From an uncultured Pseudobdellovibrionaceae bacterium (GTDB lineage Bacteria > Bdellovibrionota > Bdellovibrionia > Bdellovibrionales > UBA1609), in contig CAWDNU010000004.1 in NCBI GenBank assembly GCA_963803705.1, positions 544,001 to 608,000 on the forward strand: a DNA stretch of 64,000 bases. Direction: 5' to 3'. Under the pieces are notes generated by a model. The model saw nothing but the letters and a program-made list of their open reading frames with translations. It searched no databases and had not been told where the DNA came from. Below are positions 30,191-41,516 of this stretch, piece after piece. How positions within the stretch are numbered: the stretch's first letter is position 1; every line of letters starts with the position of its first letter. Both the position numbers and the translations under genes were made by a program.

Positions 30191-31041
30191 CGTTACCACT
30201 ACAGTTTGTTATTTCCCCTAGGAAACATTTGGCTCCGTCACTATATAAGTCTATTCTGATAAGATTAAAATCTATTGCTAATTTTTCAGCTAACATAAGC
30301 ATTTCTTCAAAATTAGCTGGTTTTTCTAAATCAAAGCCTGATTTTGGATAATGAATTGAATAGCTTTGCAATCTCCAATTCCAGTCATAAATCATTCTTT
30401 TATGATCAGTCTGCCTATCAAAGTCTACTTGGATAAGCTTAACTTTACCATTATAGCAAAAAAATTTGTAGTCATATAAATCAATATTATCAAAAACTAG
30501 TGGCTCTACATTTTTTGGTTAGGTTTCTGTAGTTCGCTTCACGAGTTTTAGTATAATAATTAACTGAAAACCATGATTTTATTTTTCCTGTATCAACTAA
30601 TTCATTGTTTTTACGAATTATGTAATGACCACTTGAGTGTGTAGGTTTTATACAACATCTTTCTGGAAATTCAAAGGTATCAACCTCATCTAAGCTTCTT
30701 AGAATACCAATTGTTGGAACGTTATATTCATCACCAACTTTAGCTTTGACGTATAGTTTAACAAATTCTTTATCAGAAACAAACACCCGAACAGGGTTTA
30801 AAATTTCATCTGTTGTCTTAATTTTGTATAAATAATCATTAAAAATTAGTTTATTGGTTGGCAGACGTTTATGTGACCTTATAAACTTCAAAAACCCAAT
30901 AAATTTATCTGCCCATCTGGTTTCAGGCAATATGTATCGAAGTCTGATTTTCTTAAAAATTTTTTTGATGTTTTTTTTTTTAAACCCGTAGAATCGATGT
31001 TACTCATTTTAACCTAATCTCCGTTAAAAACTCAACTACAA

Positions 31042-31860
31042 TCAAACCAACTTTTGAATTCCAAAATCTGTAAAGTATTTTTTTGTTTTTTTTGTCTCAT
31101 TCCAGATTCTCATATTCTTATCAACGGCCTCTTGACGAATATACCCGCGCGAATGATCAAGGTGAATGCAAATTGCACTATAGCGAATTTGTTTAGACTT
31201 AATTCCTAAGTTCCAAAGACGCTCACCCATTTCACGGTCTTCGGCGCCCCACTCCATACGCTCATCAAAGCCATTAACTTTAACAAGGTTTGCTTTCCAA
31301 CCAGAGGCCCCGTGACCATTCCATGAAGGCTTTGTGGTTGTGGTTCTATTCAGTAGATTTTCTAGCTTCCAATCTTTGGCAATGAATTTTAAATTTTTAT
31401 AAGTTGAAGGTAGTCCATTGGATTTAAGCCATTTGATATCAAAGCACTGTTGGCTTTTGATATGATCCTCACTGATCAGCTCACTAATATTCATGGGCAG
31501 CTTGTAATAGCCCCCAGAAAGGAAATAACCTGGTTCACGATATTTAAGATGAGTTTCAACAAAATCATTTTTAGGAATGCAGTCGCCGTCACTAAAAAGC
31601 AGATAATCTGAATTGGTCTCTAAGATCGCCTTATTCATAATGATGGTTTTCCGAAAGCCCTGATCTTCATGCCAAACATGAATGATGGGGTGCTTGAACT
31701 TTCCCTGAAAAGTATCGATCAGCTGCTTGGTTTCAACATTGGATCCATCATCCGCAATGACGATCTCAAAGTCATCCGTGGTCTGAGCTAAATAACCCCA
31801 GAGTACTTTTTTTAGCCATTCGGGTGAATTATAAGTAGAAAGAATGACAGACAGATTCAA
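31042..31860 (-). CDS. Glycosyltransferase family 2
   Basis: ILSTYN, IADDGS, FSDGDC, NGFDE..WGAED, HLDH. Confidence 0.92.
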   Translation of the reverse strand: MNLSVILSTYNSPEWLKKVLWGYLAQTTDDFEIVIADDGSNVETKQLIDTFQGKFKHPIIHVWHEDQGFRKTIIMNKAILETNSDYLLFSDGDCIPKNDFVETHLKYREPGYFLSGGYYKLPMNISELISEDHIKSQQCFDIKWLKSNGLPSTYKNLKFIAKDWKLENLLNRTTTTKPSWNGHGASGWKANLVKVNGFDERMEWGAEDREMGERLWNLGIKSKQIRYSAICIHLDHSRGYIRQEAVDKNMRIWNETKKTKKYFTDFGIQKLV

Positions 31861-32049
31861 TTTTATGCCCCCTGATCTAATTCTGTAAAACTATCTTACT
31901 TTCAAGGGTAAAACCAACTAAAAAAATTGAAGGTAGATACCGCTTCAGTTTTTAAATAAATAAAAGCTTAATATTTGACCAAATTTAAGGCGCATGAAAA
32001 CCCTTAACTATAGCCACGAGGTAGATTTTATTATAGAAAACAAAATTAT

Positions 32050-33765
32050 ATGGCTGTAAAAAACCTACTTAAAGATATTAAGCCTCACTCTAAAGTATTT
32101 ATCCTAATTATGATTCTAGGTGTTGTCGCAGGTATTTCTAAATCTGCCCCGGCTATGTTTATTCAACAGCTCGGTGAAATCTGGCAGAATAAACCCTTTG
32201 ATGAAACCAAGTCTTTACAACTTCCTTTTTTAATAGCCATCAGCTTAATCATCAGCAATATGTCTCGCTATGTCGTCACCACCAATATGCGACTTATTTC
32301 TGAAAGGCTGTGCCTAAACTTAAGACTTAGACTGCTGGATAAGTATTTGTATTCATCCTTAGATTTATTAAGCCTAGAGAGCTCGGGTCGTGGTGGTTTA
32401 ATGAGCCGAATGTTACAAGACATCTCAATTATACAAGCCGGCTATAGCCGTATTGCTGATATTATTAAAGAGCCCGTCGTCTTTGTTGTAACGCTCGTTT
32501 ACATCATATACATAAACACTTTTCTTTCTATGATTCTGTTATGTTCAATGCCACTTATATTTTTTGTAATTTCTAGATTTGTTAAATCTTTAAAAAAACA
32601 TAGTGCTAAAAACTTAATATCTCTGGGGACTTTGGCTCAGACTTTAAAAGAAAGTTTAGATGGGTCAAAAATTATTAGATCGTTTAATTTAGAAAAAAAA
32701 ATGCGTGGCGATTTTGAAAGACAAATCAACAACTACTTTGCCACAAAAAAGAAAATCATCCAAAGAGAAGAGCTTTCCGGTCCTGTGTCTGAAATGCTTA
32801 TCACTTTTTCTTTTGCCACTGTTTTGATTTTAATAGGACAGCTGATCTCTGAGAACCAAATGAACATGCCAGATTTTATTGGCTATGTGGTCGCTGTTGG
32901 CTTTTGCACAGACGCCGGTAAAAAGATGCAGGACGCTTTTATGCGCGTACAACAGTCTTTAGTCGCCCGCCAACGCTTAGAAGACCTTTTAGTCCAAGTG
33001 GACACAATTCTAGAACCTGTAAATCCAAAACCTTTTCCGAAAGACTGGGATTACGTCCAATTTAAAAATGTAAGTTATAAAATTGCTGACACTGAGATTT
33101 TAAAAAATATAAGTCTTAAAATTAAGCGCGGTGAACAAGTGGCACTGGTTGGCCATAGTGGATCTGGAAAAACAACTTTAATCAACTTGCTTGAGCGCTT
33201 TATCGATCCTACATCAGGTTCAATTAAAATTGGCAAAACAGATATTCGTGATATCAAAATTTCTGAACTCAGGGATAATATTGCACTCGTTTCCCAAGAT
33301 GTCTTTCTATTCAATGACTCTATCAAAGAAAATATTTTATCCGGTAACCAAATTCAAAAACTCAGTGAAGATGATTTATTGTTAGCGTCTAAATCGGCCA
33401 ACGCTCATAAATTTATTGAGTCTTTTCCAGAAAAATATGCAACCCAGGTAGGTGATGCCGGTGCCAGACTTAGTGGTGGTGAAAAACAAAGGATCTCAAT
33501 TGCTCGGGCCATCGTAAAAGACAGCCCCATACTACTTTTAGACGAAGCCACAAGCGCCTTAGACAATCAAAGTGAAGCAGAAGTTCAAAAAAGCCTAAAT
33601 GATATGATGCAGAATCGAACCTCGCTAGTTATCGCGCATCGGCTTTCTACAATTCAAAATGTAGATTTGATTTATGTTTTAGATCAGGGGAACGTTGTTC
33701 AGTCTGGTAGCCATGATGACCTTAAACAAGTAACAGGGCTTTACCAAAACCTGCTCAGAATATGA
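32050..33765 (+). CDS. MsbA-like ABC exporter (fused permease/ATPase)
   Basis: N-terminal TMD; GHSGSGKT, LSGGEKQR, LDEATSALD, IAHRLST. Confidence 0.9.
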   Translation: MAVKNLLKDIKPHSKVFILIMILGVVAGISKSAPAMFIQQLGEIWQNKPFDETKSLQLPFLIAISLIISNMSRYVVTTNMRLISERLCLNLRLRLLDKYLYSSLDLLSLESSGRGGLMSRMLQDISIIQAGYSRIADIIKEPVVFVVTLVYIIYINTFLSMILLCSMPLIFFVISRFVKSLKKHSAKNLISLGTLAQTLKESLDGSKIIRSFNLEKKMRGDFERQINNYFATKKKIIQREELSGPVSEMLITFSFATVLILIGQLISENQMNMPDFIGYVVAVGFCTDAGKKMQDAFMRVQQSLVARQRLEDLLVQVDTILEPVNPKPFPKDWDYVQFKNVSYKIADTEILKNISLKIKRGEQVALVGHSGSGKTTLINLLERFIDPTSGSIKIGKTDIRDIKISELRDNIALVSQDVFLFNDSIKENILSGNQIQKLSEDDLLLASKSANAHKFIESFPEKYATQVGDAGARLSGGEKQRISIARAIVKDSPILLLDEATSALDNQSEAEVQKSLNDMMQNRTSLVIAHRLSTIQNVDLIYVLDQGNVVQSGSHDDLKQVTGLYQNLLRI

Positions 33766-33915
33766 TAAATCTTCTAAACTTGATCCCTAAACTTAAGTGC
33801 TTACGAGTTATTACTATTTTAAAAGGGTGTTTTTAGTTGCAAGAAAAACCAGTTGTAGATAGAGTTTTAAGGTTTTTGATGCAAACGTACTTTGAAAAAA
33901 TTAGAGGTTAAGAAT

Positions 33916-35214
33916 ATGAATGTTGCAATAATAGGCACAGGTTATGTAGGTCTACCGACAGGAATTGGTTTAGCTCAATTAGGCCATAAAGTAATATGCG
34001 TTGATAAGGACCAAAAAAAAATCAATGATTTAAATGAAGGCAAAATAACTCTTTTTGAAGACGGATTAGAAGAGCTTTTTATTAAAAATAGAGATGCCAA
34101 AAGAATTAGTTTCACGACCTCAATGCAAGTGGGTATTTTAAATGCAGACATTGTGATGATAGCGGTAGGAACCCCACCCCACCCCGAAACTCAAGAAGCA
34201 GATATGAAGTATATTCATGCTGCAGCTCAAGAGTTGGCACCATTTTTAAGTAAGTACGCGGTGATTGCTAACAAATCTACAGTACCTGTTGGCACTGGCG
34301 ATGAAGTTGAAAAGATTATAAACAAACACAACCCCTCAGCTAATTTTGACGTTGTTTCAATTCCTGAGTTTTTAAGGGAAGGCTTTGCTGTCTATGATTT
34401 TTTTAATCCCGACCGCATAGTTGTTGGCACAAATAATGAGCGAGCTAGACTTGCTATTTTAGAACTTTATAAGGCTTTTGATGGTAAAACTAACTTTTTA
34501 TTTGTGAGTCGTCGTTCAAGCGAAACGATCAAATACGCCTCAAACGCCTTTCTAGCCATTAAAATTCATTATATCAATGAAATGGCCAATTTTTGCGAAA
34601 AAGTTAATGCTAATGTTTTTGAAGTCGCGCAAGGAATGGGATTAGATACTCGTATAGGGCCAAGGTTCTTAAATCCCGGACCTGGATATGGTGGCAGTTG
34701 TTTTCCTAAAGATACCTTGGCAATGGCACACATGGGTCGTAAGAACAATGTTGACCTTAGTTTAGTTGAAACAGCTATTAAGGGGAACGACTTAAGAAAA
34801 GCACAAGTGGCTCAAAAAATTATTAGCTTGTTAGAAAAAACTCAAAATCCTAAAATAGCTGTTCTAGGCCTGGCTTTTAAAAATGGAACAGATGATTGCC
34901 GTGAGAGCCCCGCAATACAAGTCATTGAACATCTTTTAAATAAAAAGCCAGAAATCTTAATAACAGCCTACGATCCACAGGCAAGCGATGCCGCAAAAGT
35001 ATTGCTTGGAGATAAAATAAATTATGCAGAGACAGCTTTTGCAGCACTTAAAAACTCCGACGCAATGGTAATACTGACAGAATGGGATGAGTTTAAAAAC
35101 ATCGATCTTAATGAGGCCAAACCATTGATGCGTTCTGCAAATATTTATGATTTTAGAAATATCATACAGTCAGAAAATGCTAAAAAGTATGGCTATGAGT
35201 ATTATGGTATTTAA
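33916..35214 (+). CDS. ugd: UDP-glucose 6-dehydrogenase
   Basis: GTGYVG, KSTVPVG, PEFLREG, GYGGSCFPKD, GLAFK..TDD.RESP. Confidence 0.92.
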   Translation: MNVAIIGTGYVGLPTGIGLAQLGHKVICVDKDQKKINDLNEGKITLFEDGLEELFIKNRDAKRISFTTSMQVGILNADIVMIAVGTPPHPETQEADMKYIHAAAQELAPFLSKYAVIANKSTVPVGTGDEVEKIINKHNPSANFDVVSIPEFLREGFAVYDFFNPDRIVVGTNNERARLAILELYKAFDGKTNFLFVSRRSSETIKYASNAFLAIKIHYINEMANFCEKVNANVFEVAQGMGLDTRIGPRFLNPGPGYGGSCFPKDTLAMAHMGRKNNVDLSLVETAIKGNDLRKAQVAQKIISLLEKTQNPKIAVLGLAFKNGTDDCRESPAIQVIEHLLNKKPEILITAYDPQASDAAKVLLGDKINYAETAFAALKNSDAMVILTEWDEFKNIDLNEAKPLMRSANIYDFRNIIQSENAKKYGYEYYGI

Positions 35215-35265
35215 TTTTGATATTTGATAATTTTATTTCAAATATCTTTCGAGTGGAAATACAGG

Positions 35266-37047
35266 ATGTCTGAACCAATTGGTTTAAAACCACAAATATC
35301 AATAATTTTGCCAGTTTATGACTCAGATAAGTACATAGATAAGGCCTTGTCTGCTCTTAAGAATCAAACATTCAGCAACATTGAAATCATTTGCATTAAC
35401 GACGGCTCTAATGACAATTCATTAAATATTCTTGAAGACTACGCCAATAGAGACAGAAGGTTTAAAGTTTATACTCAGCAAAACTCTGGCCCAGCTAAAG
35501 CAAGAAACACAGGTCTTAAGCATGCTATTGGTGAATATATCATGTTCTGCGATAGTGATGATTGGTATGAATCTGAAATGTGTCAGGAAATGATCAACCA
35601 AATTAGTCTTAATGAATCTGATCTTGTAATGTGTAATACAATAACTGGGAAACGTTACAACAATTATTTATTTCCATGGAAGCAAGGTAAATTAAAAGTC
35701 ACATCAAAAATCAAATCCAAAATTAATGTTTTCCTTTGGAATAAGATATTTAAGAACAAGCTTATAAAAGACTTTAATATTAAATTTCCTGACTATCATA
35801 AATCCGATGACAATTGTTTCGTTTACCAATACATGGCTGTATCAAAAAGCATTTATAATTTAAACAAAAAGCTATATAACCATGTCGAAAGAGATGATTC
35901 GATTATGGACAATTACAGAAAAGGGAATATCGCAATTGATGAGGTCCTTGACGGAGTTATAGTTGTCGATATATTCCACGATTTTTTAGTATCAAATAAA
36001 ATACTTGATGAAAATTTTGACTTTTTAAATAATTTATTAGTCCATCAAATTAGATTTTCATGGGAATCTGTTGGTGATGATTGGGTAGAGCAGTATTTAC
36101 AAGTACTAATCCCAATAGTTCAAAGGATAAAAAAATATCTTGGACTTAAGAAATTCAGTGATAAAATTCTTGAAGACATTGAACTACAATCAGATTCATT
36201 AAATGCATTAACCTATACATTAGATATATTTACATTAAACCGAAGGCGACGTTATACCGGACAAATAGAACCTAAACCAATATGGAATTCTGCCAATTGC
36301 ATAGTTATACCCAGTAAGGATGAGCATATTGCTTTATTATCAGTTACCGTTCAGTCGATCATAGATAATTTAAAACCTGAGACATATTGTGACTTGATCG
36401 TTACTCATGAAAACATTACATCAATGAATAAGAATATTTTAAACCAACAAATCAAAAACAAATTTATATCCCTAAGATTTTATAATGTTTCAAGATTATG
36501 CAAGTTTTCAGAATATAAACACTTGTATCAAGATAAAAATCGGTTAGAAAACCACTTACTTTTGTCTGCCCTAGTCTTAAGTCAATACGAACGAATAATC
36601 TTTCTAAGTTACTTTAGTATAATTGACAACGACATCAATAATTTATTTTCAGTAAAATTGGAAAACAAATTAGCAGGGGCAATTTTTGAATCCAGAGGTA
36701 AAAAAGAACCAAAAATAAATGAACAAGATCAAATTGAAAATTCACAAAACTTTTGTTCGGATTTATTAATTTTAGATTTAAACAATAAATTTATTCCCTA
36801 TGGAAATAACTCTTTATTAGATGGAAATGTGAGTAAATTTATAAAACAAAATTTTTACTTAAAGGATGGATTTTGTAATTTAGGTGAAATTCAGACTGAT
36901 GACTACAACAACGAAGTTCCCCAGTCACTGAGAGAAATACGAATGATAACTTACTGTATCCAAACAAAGAGATGGAACATTGTTAGCTTAAAAACAAGGA
37001 TCAATATTATAAGTATTCTGTTAAAAGTCCATTCCATGATTATCTAG
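35266..37047 (+). CDS. GT2 + degenerate GT8 fusion glycosyltransferase; probable frameshift near the 3' end
   Basis: ILPVY, NDGS.D, FCDSDD, LWNKIF; GT8-like second half; YYKYSVKSPFHDYL continues in another frame from about 36990. Confidence 0.8.
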   Translation: MSEPIGLKPQISIILPVYDSDKYIDKALSALKNQTFSNIEIICINDGSNDNSLNILEDYANRDRRFKVYTQQNSGPAKARNTGLKHAIGEYIMFCDSDDWYESEMCQEMINQISLNESDLVMCNTITGKRYNNYLFPWKQGKLKVTSKIKSKINVFLWNKIFKNKLIKDFNIKFPDYHKSDDNCFVYQYMAVSKSIYNLNKKLYNHVERDDSIMDNYRKGNIAIDEVLDGVIVVDIFHDFLVSNKILDENFDFLNNLLVHQIRFSWESVGDDWVEQYLQVLIPIVQRIKKYLGLKKFSDKILEDIELQSDSLNALTYTLDIFTLNRRRRYTGQIEPKPIWNSANCIVIPSKDEHIALLSVTVQSIIDNLKPETYCDLIVTHENITSMNKNILNQQIKNKFISLRFYNVSRLCKFSEYKHLYQDKNRLENHLLLSALVLSQYERIIFLSYFSIIDNDINNLFSVKLENKLAGAIFESRGKKEPKINEQDQIENSQNFCSDLLILDLNNKFIPYGNNSLLDGNVSKFIKQNFYLKDGFCNLGEIQTDDYNNEVPQSLREIRMITYCIQTKRWNIVSLKTRINIISILLKVHSMII

Positions 37048-37408
37048 TTAATAACAAGATCAACAGAGACACTAAAGAGAAAAAAAAATATATACTTATT
37101 TTTTAAATACCTTAGGTATTTGTTTCTCTCAAAAATATTAACTGGCGATAAAAGAATTAAATATGAGGAAAAAAGAGATTTTTTAGTAAAAATTATTTGA
37201 AGAATTCAAATAATTGTGTAAATTAAAACCTTAATAATTGCATTTATGACCGGTAGTTCATTATAATGTACTATATAACTTCAATTTGAAGAAATATTTT
37301 AATTCTTAATAGCTCATTAGATTTTTCGATCACATAGAAACTTAATCTTATAATTCAAACTAAAATTGTATTCTAATACTAAAAGAATCAGCAAAAAATG
37401 GAGTACGA

Positions 37409-38396
37409 ATGAATATACTTGTAGTTGGAGGTGCTGGATATATAGGTTCGCACACTGTTAAATTTCTTAAAAGTAAAAAAATTAAATGCATAGTTTTGGA
37501 TAATCTTGTCTATGGTAATAAAGATTTTATAACTGACTGTGAATTCATTCATGCTGATCTTCTAAATAAATCTGCCATTGATATGGTTTTTGAAACTTAC
37601 AAAATTGAATCTGTAATACATTTCGCAGCATTTGCTTATGTAAATGAAAGCGTTAATGACCCACAGAAATATTATAAAAACAATGTTGTAGGCTCTATAA
37701 ACCTACTTGAAGCAATGATAAAAAATGATGTTAAAAAAATTATTTTTTCAAGTAGTTGCGCTACGTATGGTAATCCAAAATACTCACCGATTGACGAAGA
37801 ACATCCACAAGTTCCAATCAACCCTTATGGGCACACAAAAGTTATGGTTGAACGAATTCTTGAAGACTATAGCAAAGCCTACGGATTAAAATATATATCA
37901 TTGCGTTACTTTAACGCCGCAGGTTGTGACTCAGAAGGGAATAATCGGCGAACAACATGAACCCGAAACACATTTAATCCCATTAGTGTTAAGAGCAATC
38001 AAAGGCAACAAAGATGCTTTAGAGATATATGGAACGGACTATAATACAAAAGATGGAACATGTGTTCGGGACTATATTCATGTTGAAGATTTAGCAGCTG
38101 CACACTATTTAGCTATGTGTAAAATTTCCGAATTTACTGGATGTATAAATCTTGGCTCAGGAGTAGAAACCTCTGTCCTAGACATAATAAAAGCAGCTGA
38201 GGAAGTTACTGGACAAAAATGTCCGATAAGCTTCTGCAGCAGAAGGGATGGCGACCCCGATAGACTTTTTTCATCTACTCATTTAGCTAAGAAGATACTC
38301 GGTTGGGAACCGAAATACAAAAATATCAAGGAAATTATTGAGACTGCTTGGGCGTGGGAAAAAAACATAGTTTCAATAATAAATAGACCTTCTTGA
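37409..38396 (+). CDS. galE: UDP-glucose 4-epimerase, split by a +1 frameshift near 37938
   Basis: GGAGYIGSH, SSSCATYG, PYGHTK, LRYFNAAG, then ETHLIP, RDYIHV in the next ORF; removing one G from GAAGGGAATA restores the frame. Confidence 0.88.
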
Positions 38397-38432
38397 ACTT
38401 AGAAAATTCTAAATGGAGTAAAAATACAGAAG

Positions 38433-39340
38433 ATGAACTTAAGTGTGAATCAAAAAACCTCACCTGAGATTTCTATTATTATTCCTGTATATAATACAGA
38501 AAAATATTTGGTAAGATGTCTAGAAAGCATTAAACATCAGACGTTTCGTAGTATTGAAATTATATGTATCGACGACGGTTCAACCGACAGATCTCTGGAG
38601 ATACTGAGAAATTACGCAGACTCTGATAAAAGATTTATAGTATTTCATCAAAATAACTCAGGGCCTGCATCTGCAAGAAATGTTGGATTAGAAAAAGCTC
38701 AGGGAAACTATATAATGTTCTGTGATAGTGACGATAGATACGAAAAGAAGATGTGTGAGACAATGCATAACATACTCAACAGTAATCTAGTTGATATTGG
38801 GATTTGCAATTCAAATGTAATTGTAGAAAATCCAAAGAAAAATAGGAATAAAAAAAATATAAAGAATTTTATTCTAAAACATAAAAAAGGACGAATAAAT
38901 TTGATGATAACAATAGAAAACTAGTAAGCTCAGTGCTTTGGAATAAAATTTTTAAAAAAGATTTAATAAAAAAACACGACATAGACTTTCCTGATGGGTG
39001 TGAATTTGACGATGATTCTTTTGTGAATCAGTACATCGCTTTCAGCTCTAACTACTTTGCTGTAGATGAGAATTTATACAATTATTATATTAGAAGTGGA
39101 TCTGTCATGGCGTTGTTGGATCATAATTCAAAGTTTAAAGAATCAGTAATGTCGATTAGACATACGGTTAAAAAGTTCACTAGGGAAGATCAGATCTTTA
39201 ACAAAATTTTTATCAATGATTTTATAACAAAAAAGATAAATTGGTTTTTACCATGTTTAAAAACAAGAAATAAAATCAGGTTTATAGACTTACTTATAAA
39301 GGAAGTTTTTAAAGAATTGGATAGTGAATTAATCATGTAG
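38433..39340 (+). CDS. GT2 glycosyltransferase, split by a frameshift near 38897
   Basis: IIPVYN, DDGSTD, FCDSDD, then LWNKIFKK..FP in the second ORF. Confidence 0.8.
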
Positions 39341-39573
39341 CTTTAAAAATATAAAACTCACAAAAATTGGGCCATTCCAGAGATTAAAAGTCTTTTCTAA
39401 TAACAGATTGTTCATGGAAAGAGATAAGTTCTTTAACTTACCATATAAAACAATTATAAAATCAAAGTATAAAAGTTCTATTTATATTTTTGGAGTTCAA
39501 TTTTTAAAAACAAAAAGGTTTAAGTATTATCAATACAGTTATTTCTTAGGTGTAATTGTAAACTGTAAAAATC

Positions 39574-41504
39574 TCAGGAACTAATCGCTCTTAGCTTTTT
39601 CTTCTTATATCTACGTCTTGTTTTGCCGAATGTGAGTTTCGAAAAAATGAAATATATAATTACTTTTAAAATACGATTTTTTCTAACTCTTTTGTCATGC
39701 CTCAAATGATGTGAAAAAAGACATAGCAATATCATGATAGTAGGGGGAATTTTTTGCTGACTCCCAAAATTGATCTCTGAGAAAAACGTTAGAACTATTC
39801 CAAGGTTTATCAGCAGAAGTATAGTGTATAATATGGGGGTTTTTTGAAGATTCGTAAAAATTTTCAAAAGTTTGTACCGGCAAATTCTTGAAAATCCCTG
39901 GCACTTTAAAAGCATGAACTGTAAAATTCCATTTGGAATCTATCAATTTTACTTTGTTATGAAACACAATATTTAATATATCTTGGTCTACTAATTTTGG
40001 TGTACCTACGTTTTTAAGTGTCTCAATTAACACGTGGACAAAATCTGATTTTTTAAACTTTTCCAAATTAAACAGCAAAACACCTGCATTGAAATAATTC
40101 GTGGGTTCTTCAATCTTTAGAACATTTTCAAAATATGCTTTAAAAGATCCTTTCAAGTACGAATGAATTACCCAAGGATCCCTAGCTGCTGCCAAATAGT
40201 TGTCACCTAAATCAGTATCAAATAATTCAATAAGACTACTTCTAACTACTATATCACTATCAAGATATAAAACTCTTGAATAGTTTTGGAAAATTCTAGG
40301 GATAAAAAACCTAAGATAGGTTGCTGATGTAAAGTGAGAATGTGTTTTGAAGAAACTATTGTTTTCATCAGAAAGATATAATTGCATATCAATAAAACGC
40401 AATCTGAAATTTGATTTTTCTTTAATTTGAGACATTAACAGAGACTCGTCATCTTTATTATGATTAAGTACCAATAGAACAACATCATAATTAACCTTTT
40501 CAGACGAACTATCAATAATTGACTGAAGAGTCACTGACAAGTACATTGATAAAGTGTTCATCAGCACTTAAGGCTATAACTACGGCGTTACTATCAAAGG
40601 CTGGCATTATAGCAAATTTAGTCTCAAAAACTGAAACTGGAATGGTACTAATTGCATTTATTTTATCCCAGTCGACCAAATTGTTTATCTCAGTAATTAA
40701 TTCATCGAAAGCGTTTTTTTCAAAATTATTTTTTATAATATTCCACTCTTTTTTGGCCCACAAAATTTTATTCAACTCTATTTCATAAAAATTATGATTT
40801 TCAGAGATGTCTAATACATCTTTAAGCGCGCAAAGCCAGTCTGACAATTTTTGCTGATCCCAATCTGTTCTTTTATGATTAATTCTATACTTATACACAT
40901 TATCCTTTATTAGTTGGACAGCCGGTCGTTCTGAGTAGCACTTCATCAAAAAGACAGCATCTTGACCTCTTATATATGAAGGAAATAATATGTTATTATT
41001 TTTCAGAAATTTGGTTAAAAACAAGTATCTCCAAAAAAAACCATCAGTATTAGGGACATAATCGCCATCATAATATTCTTCTTTTTTGAATTTTTTAGTA
41101 ATAGCAAAATCATAGTTGTTACTATTCTTTATTACTGCGATAAAGTTACCGCCACACAAATCAATTTTTTTTCGATTAGCACTTATCGTAAAGGGTCTTA
41201 AGATTATCTTTTGAAAAATATTCGTCATCAGGGTCAATAAAAGAAATATATTTCCCTTTGGCTAGCATAATTCCACAGTTGCGCGCGGGACCTGAGCCTG
41301 AGTTTTCCTGATTATATATTTTTATTCTTCCGTCTTTAGCTAAAAACTTCTCACATACTTCAGGCTATTGTCGGTTGAACCATCATTTATAATGATAATC
41401 TCGATGTTTTTTAGAGTTTGCACAATTACACTTTTAAGACATTCCTCAATAAATTTCTCAACGTTATAGACTGGTATAATTACTGAAACATCTATCTCTT
41501 GCAT
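39574..41504 (-). CDS. GT2 + GT8 fusion glycosyltransferase, multiply frameshifted
   Basis: Start MQEIDVSVIIPVYN..NDGSTD at 41504 (not in the ORF track); GT8 half has YLDSD, YFNAGV, DQDILN, HYT..KPW; 3' boundary uncertain. Confidence 0.75.
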
Positions 41505-41516
41505 AAAAACCTCTTT

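Larger units (their letters stand above)
28812..31007 (-). pseudogene. TupA-like ATP-grasp protein, interrupted by IS481 and frameshifts
   Basis: SDKEFVK.YV, IKPTHSSG, DYKFFCYNGK, RIDLY, GEIT across the fragments; the last ~21 codons (ASRKFTPAVGEYEASNTIFS*) lie beyond the IS, from about 28874 down to 28812. Confidence 0.82.
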
